NCBI GenBank assembly: GCA_964587725.1
Contig: CAZPLO010000008.1
Location: 1-49,607, forward strand
Direction: 5' to 3'
DNA length: 49,607 bases
From: an uncultured archaeon
GTDB taxonomy: Archaea > Altiarchaeota > Altiarchaeia > IMC4 > SCGC-AAA252-I15
Shown: piece after piece, positions 17,109-27,456 of the stretch
Numbering within the stretch: position 1 is the stretch's first letter
Layout of the letters: the number at the start of each line of letters is the position of its first letter
Position numbers and translations under genes: made by a program
Notes under the pieces: generated by a model
The model's database searches: none
What the model was told of the DNA's origin: nothing
Seen by the model: the letters and a program-made list of their open reading frames with translations, nothing else

Positions 17109-19694
17109 TCAGGAGCAGCTGACGTTCACGTCGTCTATGTAGAGGCCTTCGTCGTTTATCAGCCAGTCGGATTCAAGGCGGAAACGCACCCGTATAGTGC
17201 CCCCTGAGTACGGGCTCAGGTCAAACACCTCCTCCCCCCAGTTATTTTGGCGGTGGTCGTATGATGCGAGCTCGTCCCAGCCTCCGCCGTCGGACACCTC
17301 CACGTAGGCGAAGTCGTAGTCTTTCTCGGTCTGGTATTTAGTCTGGAAATACAGTGTCACCGGACCAGCCGGGGGCAAGTCTATCTCCGGCGACATAAGC
17401 CACTGGTCGGAGTTACGTTCATAGTGGTCGGCCGACGACGGCCACCCCGGGCCCAAGTCGGTGCCCCAGCAGTTGCTTCCCGAGTACGCGCCTCCCCACG
17501 CGGGGCTGCCGAGCTCCCACTCGTCATCGTCCCCGCCGTGCGTCCAGCCGCCGGCGCCCGACTCCATGTCGTCGAAGAAACCGCACGGCGCCGTGGATGT
17601 GGAGGTGGACGTTGAAGTCGACGTGGAAGTGGATGTGGTGGCGGCTCCGGGGCACGACGGGTCGTTGGGCGTCAAGTCGGCGCGGAACGTGTAGGAGCCG
17701 TTGTGGCCTGCGCCGGGTGCGTCGACATCCAGCCCCACATAATAGGTTTCGCCTCCCAAGACGCAGTAGGTTTCGGTGAAGTCGTCGTCGCCGGAGTTGA
17801 TTCTCACCTCCGGCGCGGCGCAGGAGCCGTCGATGGAGTAGTTGTATATTATCAAGTCCGTGCCGTCTGAGTCTGTGACGTTGCTGGTGCCGTCGAATGT
17901 GAACGTCATCAGACCCGACGCAGACGGGGTTATGCTGTAGAAGTGCCATTCGCTGGTGTTGTAGCCGTAGAAGCTGCACGAGGTTTGAGTGTCTTCGGCG
18001 AGTGAGGGTGGGATGGGGGTGTCGCAGGTGCCGCAGTGGTCGGTGTCTCCTGGGTCGCAGGCCTGTATGGCGCCGCAGCCGCCGAAGAATGTGATGCAGT
18101 CGTAGTCCAGCCAGTCCGGCTGGCTGTCGTTGTCTTCGTCGACGCTGTTGACGCACACTTCGGTGGAGCCTGGGCAGCCGGTCACGTTAATACATAATGT
18201 GTCGACGTCGTATACGCGGGCGTGGACGTCGTCGAGTTTGAGGGTGAATTTCCCGCTCCCGCACGCGCCCTTGACGCCGCAGCCGTCGACGCCCTCCCAG
18301 TACAGGTAGTCCGCCCACGACGCGTTCTCCTTCACCTTCACGCCCCGGCTGTCCAACAAGTAGGGGCTCACCAATGTCACCAACCCCACTTCGGAGTTGT
18401 TGAACCGGCGGAGGCTCTGGTTCACGTACACTTCGCTGAGGTTGTATCTGCCGTCTATGCGGTCAAAGAAGCTGGGGCCGTCGACGCCCCCGTATCTGCT
18501 GGCGTTGCTCGCCTGGTAGCATGTGGTGTTAACGCCCTCGGATGGGTAGCCGAGCACTATCTGGTGCATGCCGCATCCTTCGTCGTTTACTATGGATATG
18601 CAGGCGCCGTCGTATATGTTGCCGTCTCCGCACTCCGGCACCCTCCTCGGCGGGTTGTTGGGGAATTCGTCGTCTATGTCGCCGGTGTCCGTCAGCCACG
18701 GAATCGTTACGTTGCATTTGTTGGCGAAGCTCTGCTGGTCGTTGGGTCCGTAGTTGAGGACTCCCGCGAAGTGGTGGGGGTCGCTGGCGTTGAAGCACGC
18801 CTGCTCCTCGTAGGTGTTGCAGCCCCCGAAGCCCTGGTCGAGGACGAGTATCTGGGTGTTGATTTCCGCAGGCGGCTGGTTGACGCAGTAGTCGCGCAAC
18901 GCATTCGGGCCCAGGTCGTCCTGGAGGTCGGAGTGGAACACCACGTACCCCGTGACTTCGCCGGTGCCGGGGTTGTCGGCGCTGCCGCTGCACCCCGCAA
19001 CCGCCTCCGTCTTCAAGTCGGTGCTGCAGTTTTGGATGAACTTTATCACGTAGGAGTTGGTGTTGATGGGGTAGATGGGGTCTTCGAGGCCGAGGATGGA
19101 CGTGTAGGATATTGTGTTGACCTCTTCGCCGACGTAGTAGCACATGCCGGCTTCGTCGTATACTTTGAAGGTGCTGTTGGTGAGTATCATGAACGCCCAC
19201 GGGTCCTGCAACGCCATCTCCACGGACATGAGGTCGACGGACAAATTAAAGTGCATGTCGCGGCCGTGGGATTCGATGCGGTCCAGCCACTGAGATAGTG
19301 TGTGGTTGACCATGTAGGAGACTTCCCGGCCGTGCAGCGTGCCGCATACGCTCAATTCCGCCAGCGCCGCCTGGGAGCCGTTGACGCCGAAGCTGAATTT
19401 ATTGCAGTCGACGTTGCATGCGTGGGAGCAGTTGAACACGTAGCCGCCGAGGGGCTCCCCCGTCGTCACCACGTCGTCTATCGCGTATATGGCGGCGCGC
19501 CGGCCGAAGATAACCATCGCCCGCTCCAGGTCGTTGCGGACGTCTTCGACGAAGTAGTGGAGTTCGTCGCATCGTATCTTCGAGATGGTGTCTTCCGACT
19601 TGGTTTTCTCCACGGTTGCGTAGTATGCTACGAACAGTATCAACGGTATCAGCAGCAACACAACAGCCACCGTGAAAAACAACCCCTTTTTCAT
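17109..19694 (-). CDS. Large pilin-like adhesin with class III signal peptide, Cys-rich middle and C-terminal MAM/immune-inhibitor-A-like beta-sandwich
   Basis: 'MKKG|LFFTVAVVLLLIPLILF'; Thr/Ser linker, then 'FFDDMESG...W...LMSPEIDL...IRVRFRL.SD...GLYIDDV'; ATGA overlap at 19691-19694. Confidence 0.75.
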   Translation of the reverse strand: MKKGLFFTVAVVLLLIPLILFVAYYATVEKTKSEDTISKIRCDELHYFVEDVRNDLERAMVIFGRRAAIYAIDDVVTTGEPLGGYVFNCSHACNVDCNKFSFGVNGSQAALAELSVCGTLHGREVSYMVNHTLSQWLDRIESHGRDMHFNLSVDLMSVEMALQDPWAFMILTNSTFKVYDEAGMCYYVGEEVNTISYTSILGLEDPIYPINTNSYVIKFIQNCSTDLKTEAVAGCSGSADNPGTGEVTGYVVFHSDLQDDLGPNALRDYCVNQPPAEINTQILVLDQGFGGCNTYEEQACFNASDPHHFAGVLNYGPNDQQSFANKCNVTIPWLTDTGDIDDEFPNNPPRRVPECGDGNIYDGACISIVNDEGCGMHQIVLGYPSEGVNTTCYQASNASRYGGVDGPSFFDRIDGRYNLSEVYVNQSLRRFNNSEVGLVTLVSPYLLDSRGVKVKENASWADYLYWEGVDGCGVKGACGSGKFTLKLDDVHARVYDVDTLCINVTGCPGSTEVCVNSVDEDNDSQPDWLDYDCITFFGGCGAIQACDPGDTDHCGTCDTPIPPSLAEDTQTSCSFYGYNTSEWHFYSITPSASGLMTFTFDGTSNVTDSDGTDLIIYNYSIDGSCAAPEVRINSGDDDFTETYCVLGGETYYVGLDVDAPGAGHNGSYTFRADLTPNDPSCPGAATTSTSTSTSTSTSTSTAPCGFFDDMESGAGGWTHGGDDDEWELGSPAWGGAYSGSNCWGTDLGPGWPSSADHYERNSDQWLMSPEIDLPPAGPVTLYFQTKYQTEKDYDFAYVEVSDGGGWDELASYDHRQNNWGEEVFDLSPYSGGTIRVRFRLESDWLINDEGLYIDDVNVSCS

Positions 19695-22600
19695 CGCATC
19701 CACACTATCAGTTTGAAATTCGCCGGACCCCACAGGGACTGCACGCCGCCTGCGCGGCTGACCTCGAAGTCTATCATGTTGGGATCGAACAATAGGTCGA
19801 CCCTGCCGTCGTCGTCCAAGTCCAACTGGTCCAGAAGACGGTACACTGAATCCGCCAGCGCGTCGTCCCTGTTATATGATATGTTGGAGGAAGTGTAAGA
19901 ACAGTTGAAGCTTCCGTTATAGGACGCGGGGATGGATGCGACGTAGGAGCTGCCGTCTTCGAACTCTATGTCCCAGTCACATCCCATGTTCTCCTCGAAC
20001 ACGCCTCCGTAGCCCACGAGGCTGCGCAGCCTTATCGTGTACACCGCCTGGTTGTCGCGTGAGCAGCCGGTGTTGTTCGCGGGGCTGTCGCCGGTGAGGA
20101 TGTGCACGGTGTTGTTCTGCCCCGCCAGCACGTACTCCGCCGGCACGTCGACTGTGAACGGGTCGCCCAGCGGCGGGTAGGTGCCGAGCCAGTCGCTAAG
20201 CCGGAAAATCTGGTTGACGCCTTCGTCGTTTTCCACGTTCAGGTAGTCTGTCCAGTGGGGGCCCGAATATGAAGTCACCCCCGCCGAGGAAACCACCACG
20301 TCCGGAGGCACTTCAATGACTCCTTCGCAGCCGACCGTGTTCTCGAAGGCGCCCGTCGACAAAGTCATCGACACCTCCCCGTAGAATGACTCGTTGATTG
20401 GGAGGTAGGTGAACTCCAGGTAGGAGTCCGGATACAGTATCGACGGCTCCAGGTCGCCGCCGAAGAACACGGTCTGGCTCTGGCGGCTGCTGTTGTATAT
20501 GTCGCGGCTGAAGTTCAGATAGCATTCCGCGGCCTCGGCTCCGCTGCCGCCCTCGCAGTACACGCCCTCCCCGCAGGCCGCGGCGGTGTGGAGGGTGAGG
20601 TTGCTGTTGTAGCAGTTCAAGGTGGAGGGGCCGAACGCTATCGTCCGCACCTCCGCCCCCAGACCGTCTTTGGCGCGTTTCGCAGCGCATATGGCGTCGT
20701 ACACCGCCGGCAGACATTCGTCGTTGTTGCAGTCCCCGGGGTTGCCGCCGCAGCTGTATGAGCCCACAGTGGAAGTGCAGGATTCGATGCAGGAGCCGCA
20801 TGTTGTGCCGGGTGCAGCTGGGACGGTTAGGCGGAGGTTGTCTACCATCACGTGCTCGCTGCTCTGCGACGTCTGGCCGAACAACTGCAGCTGCAGGTCG
20901 TTAACGGAGTCGGGGATGGAGTATTCAACAAAACGCCAGGGCTCCTGGTAGTCGTTGCCGACGTCGGGGTCCGACTCCTGAAACACCTGCATCCACCCGC
21001 CGTCCCAGTAGTAGAATGCCAGGTGGTCCGCGGACTCCGTGCCCTCGTAGCTGTACCACAGCTTCACCTTCACGTCGTTGTGCATGGAGACGTCTATGGG
21101 CGTCCGGTTCACGGCCGCCTGCTTGCCTAGGAAGTCCCCCCACAATCCCAGGTAGTAGTCGCCGGAGCGGGCACCGGCGGGGTTGCCTCCGCTGCCTCCG
21201 TCGCTGGCTCGACCGTAGTTGACGTTCACCGGGTTCGCGAACGTACGCACCGGGTCCAGCCCCCACTCGCTTTCCTCGGCCGCATCCTCGAAGGATGTGC
21301 TGAATATCATCTGGTCTGTCTCGTAGTCGCAGCCTCCGCAGTGGTATCCGGTTATGCCGTCGGTCATCACGACGATGTAGTAGTCTTTCCCGGGGGCGCC
21401 TTCGTCTTCGAGTATCTGGATGGCGCGGTTTATTGCGCAGCAGACGCAGGTTCCGCCGCTGGGGCTGTCGCTGTACGAGTTTACGTGGCTTATGAGGCTG
21501 TTGTTGCTCTGCGGTTCGGTGAGGTGATACGGGTCGTTGCCGTCCGCCTCAGACCGGGTGTCGAAGGACACCAGCGCTATCCTGTTGCCGCTGTGGCTCA
21601 TCACCATGTTGATGAAGTCTTTCGCCAGGCATTTGGCCACGCTTATCCGGCGGGTGTCGTCGTCGAACAGACTGGGGCTGCTGCACGAGCGGACAGTGCC
21701 GAGTGTGCTGTCGAGGTATCCCATGCGCCACCGCATGCTCCCTGAAACGTCGGTTATCAATACGACGTCGGCGTTGCCGGACTCCACCGTCTGGGTGAAG
21801 TTGCCGGTGCCGACGCGTATGGGGACGGTGTTCTGGCTCAATGACTGGGGGTCGCCGACCGGCTGATAGATGAGGCCCTTGGACGCCATCTCCGCGGTGG
21901 AGATGGTGATGTCCTGCTCGGACTCGTTCCCCGGCATGTTGTACACCGTCACGTCCCCTATGTTAAAGTACATGCTGTAGTTGCTTAGGAAGTGCAGGCG
22001 GGCGCTCACGTCCTCCACCGTACCCGGAACGAAGAAGCTGTCATAAAGGTTTATGATGCCGTTTATGCCAGGAAAATAGTATCTCATCGTCTTCGCCACC
22101 TCGTCGGTGTCCATCTCCGACGTGTTGTAGACAACGTGTATGAGGCCGCCGCCGACGTAGTGATCGTTGATTGCGCCGCTGGTGAAACGTAGCTCGAACT
22201 TGTTGTCGGAGCCGGAGACGATGTTGGCTAGTGCGCCGGAGCCGACGCAGCCGTTGCCTTCACCCGGTGCGACGCCCTCGCGGAGGGTGGCGCTCATGTT
22301 GCCTCTGCCTTCGTCTGGGTCGAAGGAGCCTGCGAGGTTGTCGTTGATGTACAAATTGAACTCCGACAGGGTGTTCATTTCCAGGCAGCACCGCTGTATG
22401 GAGGCGTCCGCCGGTATGTCGCGGACGTGCACGGTCAGGTTGCCTTGACCCACGTATCCGCCGAAGTACGTGTACGAAGACGTCGACTTCTCCTTGATGT
22501 TGGTGAGGAAGGAGCGGGCGACGTTGCCGCGGGTGGGCAGGCCGCGGCCGTACCCCACCAGCAGCCTCGACGAATGCGTGAGCGTCGAAGAATCGGCTTC

Positions 22601-22948
22601 GGATATGCGGGTGTTGTTGGCGACCAGCTCGTCGTCTATGGTGAGCATGTAGCCTACGTTAGGCGGCAGCAGCCGGTCCAGGTAATACGATGAGAGATTG
22701 GATGCGTTGATGAAGTGGGGGCTGCTGGTGTTGCCGTCTGCGGCGGCCCAGTCCTCCCCCACCTGGTCCAAGACGCCCATCTTGTTGAGCACGTCCAGCG
22801 CATCCTCCGACACGTAGTGGAGTTTCTTGGACGTGAGTTCACTTTCGGAGGAGCCGGTGTAACGCAGCCCCGACAATGACGTCAGTATGACCAGCGCCAG
22901 CGTCAACGCCACAATCGCGTCCAACAGTATCGCGTATCCTTTCTTCAT
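19691..22948 (-). CDS. Large pilin-like vWA-domain adhesin
   Basis: 'MKKG|YAILLDAIVALTLALVIL'; MIDAS 'LITDVSGSM', 'GGT', 'VVMTDG', 'RTIAFG'; ATGA overlap at 22945-22948. Confidence 0.8.
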   Translation of the reverse strand: MKKGYAILLDAIVALTLALVILTSLSGLRYTGSSESELTSKKLHYVSEDALDVLNKMGVLDQVGEDWAAADGNTSSPHFINASNLSSYYLDRLLPPNVGYMLTIDDELVANNTRISEADSSTLTHSSRLLVGYGRGLPTRGNVARSFLTNIKEKSTSSYTYFGGYVGQGNLTVHVRDIPADASIQRCCLEMNTLSEFNLYINDNLAGSFDPDEGRGNMSATLREGVAPGEGNGCVGSGALANIVSGSDNKFELRFTSGAINDHYVGGGLIHVVYNTSEMDTDEVAKTMRYYFPGINGIINLYDSFFVPGTVEDVSARLHFLSNYSMYFNIGDVTVYNMPGNESEQDITISTAEMASKGLIYQPVGDPQSLSQNTVPIRVGTGNFTQTVESGNADVVLITDVSGSMRWRMGYLDSTLGTVRSCSSPSLFDDDTRRISVAKCLAKDFINMVMSHSGNRIALVSFDTRSEADGNDPYHLTEPQSNNSLISHVNSYSDSPSGGTCVCCAINRAIQILEDEGAPGKDYYIVVMTDGITGYHCGGCDYETDQMIFSTSFEDAAEESEWGLDPVRTFANPVNVNYGRASDGGSGGNPAGARSGDYYLGLWGDFLGKQAAVNRTPIDVSMHNDVKVKLWYSYEGTESADHLAFYYWDGGWMQVFQESDPDVGNDYQEPWRFVEYSIPDSVNDLQLQLFGQTSQSSEHVMVDNLRLTVPAAPGTTCGSCIESCTSTVGSYSCGGNPGDCNNDECLPAVYDAICAAKRAKDGLGAEVRTIAFGPSTLNCYNSNLTLHTAAACGEGVYCEGGSGAEAAECYLNFSRDIYNSSRQSQTVFFGGDLEPSILYPDSYLEFTYLPINESFYGEVSMTLSTGAFENTVGCEGVIEVPPDVVVSSAGVTSYSGPHWTDYLNVENDEGVNQIFRLSDWLGTYPPLGDPFTVDVPAEYVLAGQNNTVHILTGDSPANNTGCSRDNQAVYTIRLRSLVGYGGVFEENMGCDWDIEFEDGSSYVASIPASYNGSFNCSYTSSNISYNRDDALADSVYRLLDQLDLDDDGRVDLLFDPNMIDFEVSRAGGVQSLWGPANFKLIVWMR

Positions 22949-23484
22949 TCCCACACCGTAAAGTATATTCTCGCCAACTCGTTGTTGAACAACGCCGCCC
23001 GCACCACCGTAATCCTCTCCGACTCGTTCACCGGCGGCCTGCCAGTATAGTATGAGACGTTGTTGTAGGTGACGGTTGAATCATTCAAGTAGGTGAGGTT
23101 GAAGTAGAAGTCGTATCCGCCTATGCCCATCACGTAGGCGTTGCAGTCGTAGTTGGTGCTGCCGGGGAGACTGCATAGGGTGGTGTTTTCGTCGCTCATC
23201 AGCTCCTTGAACGACAGCAGCTTATGTTCCATCAGCACCCTGCTCTCGTTCGCCAGACCAAGGGATGTGACGTTCCACACACCCCAGTCGGCGGGTATGC
23301 CGGGGGTCCGCACCAGCTTCTCCGCGGCCTCGACGCTGTACTCCGCCATCGCCCTCCTGTTTTCGAGGGTGAGGACGTCTGATGTGGACACGTCCCAGAG
23401 GTTCAGCATAATCACCAGCGCGGCCATGAACAGCATGAACCCCAGCAGGAACTCTCCGCTGAATACCTGCCCCGAATCCATCAC
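22945..23484 (-). CDS. Minor pilin-like protein
   Basis: 'DSG|QVFSGEFLLGFMLF...', 'LVRTPGIPADW...SLGLA'. Confidence 0.75.
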   Translation of the reverse strand: MMDSGQVFSGEFLLGFMLFMAALVIMLNLWDVSTSDVLTLENRRAMAEYSVEAAEKLVRTPGIPADWGVWNVTSLGLANESRVLMEHKLLSFKELMSDENTTLCSLPGSTNYDCNAYVMGIGGYDFYFNLTYLNDSTVTYNNVSYYTGRPPVNESERITVVRAALFNNELARIYFTVWE

Positions 23485-24179
23485 AGATACCTCGTAACGT
23501 TGTTGTCGGACTCTATGCTCTCGTTCACCACGTCCAGGTAGTCCACGTAGACGGAGACGTTGCCGGCCACAGAAATGTTGAACTGCATCCGCAGAGACTG
23601 CCCCGCAGACAACCGCATTATTGTGCGGTTCTCGGTGGTGTTGTTGGCTTCGAACATCACCTTGAACGCCCCTGAGGGGACGTGGGCGTCGTTGACCAGG
23701 TCGAATGATGAGGTGTTAACGCCTATCGTAAGAGAGTCCTCATCCACCTTCAGGTTGGGGAGGTGGCATGTGACCATTATGCCTTCGCCGCCGTAAAACA
23801 CCCTGTTTCTGGTGTTCCCTCCCTTGCTGATGCAGTATATTGTCACGTTCGACGACAGCAGGTTCTCGGACCAGGTGCTGTCCGCCCACGTCATATCCAA
23901 TACGTTACCGCCGACGTGGATGTCGTATTCGTATCCCCCCTGAACGTGGGTGGGGAGTGAAAAGTAGGTGTAGTATCCGGGGCCCTGCTGGGCTATGGTG
24001 TTGATGTTGTCGCCGACGCTGCCCGCAATCCGCCTTGCGTCGAGGAAGGATTTTATCCTGCTGCTCTCGGCCATCTTGTCCATCGCCAGCAGCACCATCA
24101 CCGCGAAAATCATCACTATGAACGCGACCCCCACAATCAACTCAAGGCCCGTCTGTCCGCGGCCCATGCGACGGCTCAT
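23481..24179 (-). CDS. Pilin-like protein with C-terminal CARDB/Ig-like segment
   Basis: 'MGRG|QTGLELIVGVAFIVMIF' class III signal with E at +5; C-terminal 'VYVD....VNESIESDNNV'. Confidence 0.8.
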   Translation of the reverse strand: MSRRMGRGQTGLELIVGVAFIVMIFAVMVLLAMDKMAESSRIKSFLDARRIAGSVGDNINTIAQQGPGYYTYFSLPTHVQGGYEYDIHVGGNVLDMTWADSTWSENLLSSNVTIYCISKGGNTRNRVFYGGEGIMVTCHLPNLKVDEDSLTIGVNTSSFDLVNDAHVPSGAFKVMFEANNTTENRTIMRLSAGQSLRMQFNISVAGNVSVYVDYLDVVNESIESDNNVTRYL

Positions 24180-24223
24180 CTTCACTATAAATATTCCCCG
24201 TATCATTAATTAAGGGGGAGACT

Positions 24224-27055
24224 ATGAGGAAACTCTGCACTACATTGTTCATATTTTTCGCTTTGATGGCCACGGCGTCCCCTCAGACATGGTTCACGGA
24301 CAGGGGCGGGTACCTCCGCACCGGATCAGCCGAGGGGGAGTCCCCGTACGTGCCCACCGACACCGTATTGTTGTGGAGCTTCCACGCCGGCGAACCGATA
24401 CGGTCTTCTCCCGTGACGGCGGACTTGGACGGCGACGGCACCCTGGAGATAATATTCGGGTCCGACACCGACAGAGTATACGCCCTCACCTACAGGGGCC
24501 GGCTGCTGTGGAACTACACGGCAGGCGGGAACGTCCGCGGCACCCCGACGGTGGACGACGTGGACGGCGACGGGAAACCCGAGGTATTGTTCGGGTCCGA
24601 CGACCGCAGACTGCACGTCCTCGACTCCGACGGGAACCTGAAGTGGAGTTACGAGACAGGCGGGTTCGTGAGGTCGTCTCCGGTGGTCGCGAACCTCGGG
24701 GGGACAACGGACAAGGAGGTGGTGTTCGGCTCCTACGACGGCAGAATATACTGCCTAACCCACAGGGGGGCGAAAATGTGGGACTACAAGACCCAGGAGG
24801 CCATAGACTCCTCCCCCGCGTTGTTCGACATAAACAACGACGGCGAGAAGGAGATTATCGTCGGGTCGGACGACAACATCGTGTACGTGCTCAAACACCC
24901 ACCGCATAAGGTGTGGACATACCAGACCAGCGGGGACGTCTCCACCCCGGCCATAGACAGCGGGGGGAAAATCATCGCCTCCTCGGGCGACAAGAGAGTG
25001 TACAAGCTGGGCATCGAAAGCAAAGGCACCGCGTTGACCAGGCGGGTGCTCACCGAGACGGGATGGACTACAGAGTCTATAGCGTTGACGGGATTATCCC
25101 ACACCTGGAACTACACCACCGGCGGCGGCGTCGAAGCAGCCGCGGCAGTGGGATACGTCAACGGCACCTACGGAGTGGTGGCCGCGTCCAGGGACAGGGT
25201 GCTGTATTTCATAGACTCGAGGCTTGGCAGCGTAATGGACTCGTACACACTCAACAAGCCGGTGGAGTCGTCTCCGGCCATCGCGGACTTCGACGGAGAC
25301 AACATGACCGAGGCGGTGTTCGGGTCCGACGATGGAGTAGTGTACGTGATAACCTACCCGGGAGTCAGAGCCTACAGCTTCGAAACCGGCGGGGCTGTGA
25401 AGTCGTCGCCGGCGATAACCGATTTAACAGGAGACGGACGGCTGGAGTTTATTGTGGGGTCGGACGACGGCTTCCTGTACGTGTTCGGTGACCGGCGGGG
25501 GGGGGCCATAACGGGGGGCGACGTATTCTACGGCAACGCAGTCAGATACTACGGCATAGGAGACATAGAATCCTCCAAGATAAACCTTGAGCGAGCGAGG
25601 AGACTCTACATGGAAGCCGACTACGACGAAGGCGTCGTTGAGGTGGACAACCTCCTAAACGTCATGGAGGCGGACGCCATATCCAACGAAGCCCAGAGCC
25701 TGATGCAGGAAGACGAGCTTCTGGAGGCCAAGGAGAAGCTGGAGGAAGCCAGCGAAATCTACCGGACCGCAGGGCACCAGGAGGGCGTCGACGAATGCGA
25801 GAGAATGTATAAGCTTATAGAGGCTGAGACATACTACCGGGAGGCCCAGTACTACTATGAACGGGAGCTCTACTTCAACGCCTCACTGTACGCGGAAGCC
25901 GCTAAACGATTTTACATCAGCGCCGGAGACGTGGAGGGGCTGCGGAAGGCGTCGGAGCTGTCCAACGTCACCCAGGCCCACGGGAAAGCAGACACCTACC
26001 TGGATGATGCCCTGGCCGCCCGGGACGAGGGGCGGTTCGACGTGGCGGCGATGTACCTGGGGTTCGCCAAACAGGCGTACGAGATAGTGGGGAACACGGA
26101 AGGCTACCGCCGGGCGGACGAGCTGCTGCAGACCATGGAGGCGGACAAGACATACGGCATAGCCTATGAACACTATAACAACAGCGAATTCGATGAAGCA
26201 AGAGACTATGCGGAACGCGCGCTGGAGCTCTACGGAGACTCCACCGGCGGCTTCTCCAGGGAGGCGCGTGAACTCTACAACAAAACAGCAGGCATCGTTG
26301 AGGCCGAAGGATACTATGAGGACGCGGACAGGTACTATGCCGCCACCGACTTCCGGTCGGCGGCAGAATACGCCCGCCTGGCTAGGGACACATACAACAG
26401 CTCCGGCTACTATGGGGGGTATGTGAAGGCGGGGGAGCTGCTGGCCAGGGCGGAGGAGGCTTACATCACATTACACGGCGGAGGCGGCATGTCCGGCCTC
26501 CTGTCTCCGACGACGTTGCTGATAGCTTTAACATTGGCTGCGGCAGCGTTCATACTGCTGAGGAAAAGGAAGACACCTAAGTGGATCATGGGCGGACCCT
26601 CTTATCCTGGGAGGTCGGCGGCAACGTACAGGATGACCCCGCCCGGCGAAAGCATCAGCCTCATACAGCCCATCCGGGTGGAGGAGAAACTGGCCCGGCG
26701 GGGGATGAAGAAGCCGGGGAAGGTGAAGGTGGTGCGCAGGCGGAAGCCGAAGGTGGTGTTGAACGTGACCGCCGTCAGAAACATGCTTCTGACGCTGATG
26801 GGGAAGACGCCGCCGGCTCTGGAGGAAAAGCCGAAGCCCGTGAAGAAGCCTGTGAAGAAGAGGGAGAAGCCTGTGAAACAGCTGCCGGTGAACCCCCACA
26901 CGCCCCTGCCACGGCGGAAACCCGAGCCTGAGCCAGAAGAGAAAGTTGAAGAGGAGCCTGCGGAAGAGGTTGGGGAGAAGGAGCCGCCTGTTGAACCGGG
27001 TGAGTGGGGCGTGAGGAAGAAGGTTAGACTGAACGTTAAGGAAGGGAAGGACTAG
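24224..27055 (+). CDS. Secreted/membrane FG-GAP/PQQ-type beta-propeller + TPR-like protein
   Basis: Signal peptide; repeated 'SSP...DLDGDG..EIIFGSD'; Tyr/Ala-rich helical repeats; TM 'LLIALTLAAAAFILL' then RKRK and a basic/Pro-acidic tail. Confidence 0.8.
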   Translation: MRKLCTTLFIFFALMATASPQTWFTDRGGYLRTGSAEGESPYVPTDTVLLWSFHAGEPIRSSPVTADLDGDGTLEIIFGSDTDRVYALTYRGRLLWNYTAGGNVRGTPTVDDVDGDGKPEVLFGSDDRRLHVLDSDGNLKWSYETGGFVRSSPVVANLGGTTDKEVVFGSYDGRIYCLTHRGAKMWDYKTQEAIDSSPALFDINNDGEKEIIVGSDDNIVYVLKHPPHKVWTYQTSGDVSTPAIDSGGKIIASSGDKRVYKLGIESKGTALTRRVLTETGWTTESIALTGLSHTWNYTTGGGVEAAAAVGYVNGTYGVVAASRDRVLYFIDSRLGSVMDSYTLNKPVESSPAIADFDGDNMTEAVFGSDDGVVYVITYPGVRAYSFETGGAVKSSPAITDLTGDGRLEFIVGSDDGFLYVFGDRRGGAITGGDVFYGNAVRYYGIGDIESSKINLERARRLYMEADYDEGVVEVDNLLNVMEADAISNEAQSLMQEDELLEAKEKLEEASEIYRTAGHQEGVDECERMYKLIEAETYYREAQYYYERELYFNASLYAEAAKRFYISAGDVEGLRKASELSNVTQAHGKADTYLDDALAARDEGRFDVAAMYLGFAKQAYEIVGNTEGYRRADELLQTMEADKTYGIAYEHYNNSEFDEARDYAERALELYGDSTGGFSREARELYNKTAGIVEAEGYYEDADRYYAATDFRSAAEYARLARDTYNSSGYYGGYVKAGELLARAEEAYITLHGGGGMSGLLSPTTLLIALTLAAAAFILLRKRKTPKWIMGGPSYPGRSAATYRMTPPGESISLIQPIRVEEKLARRGMKKPGKVKVVRRRKPKVVLNVTAVRNMLLTLMGKTPPALEEKPKPVKKPVKKREKPVKQLPVNPHTPLPRRKPEPEPEEKVEEEPAEEVGEKEPPVEPGEWGVRKKVRLNVKEGKD

Positions 27056-27381
27056 CTTTTCTTCCTCTCCCGCGCATACGGGAGATAGCGTGTGTGCCCG
27101 CACGCGAGGCACTTCACCTCCATCCTGTGCTCGCGGGGGTTAAGCCTCCGCCTGCTGTTTTCTGAAGTCAGGTAGGTTAAGCATTTCCTGCAGTAGCGGA
27201 GCTGAAATTCCTTCGGAACGATGACGTTGTTGCGGAGGGCGATGGCGTGAGCCCGCCTGACCCTGTCCGACGCCGACTCCACATCACCTTCCGACGCCTT
27301 GTCGGCGGCCTGCTGGAACAACACCTCAATGCGCTCCGACGCCACCTTCCTCTGCTCCCGCTTCTCCTTCGCCCTCGCCAT
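27052..27381 (-). CDS. rnp4: Ribonuclease P protein component 4 (Rpp21/Rpr2)
   Basis: 'ASERIEVLF..A', 'YCRKC', 'VKCLACG..RYLPY'. Confidence 0.88.
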   Translation of the reverse strand: MARAKEKREQRKVASERIEVLFQQAADKASEGDVESASDRVRRAHAIALRNNVIVPKEFQLRYCRKCLTYLTSENSRRRLNPREHRMEVKCLACGHTRYLPYARERKKS

Positions 27382-27456
27382 CCCTATATATGGATTAACT
27401 GCAGAATATTAAATGAGATGACGGGGAAAATTCCCGAGGTCAGGAGGCGGTGGATA

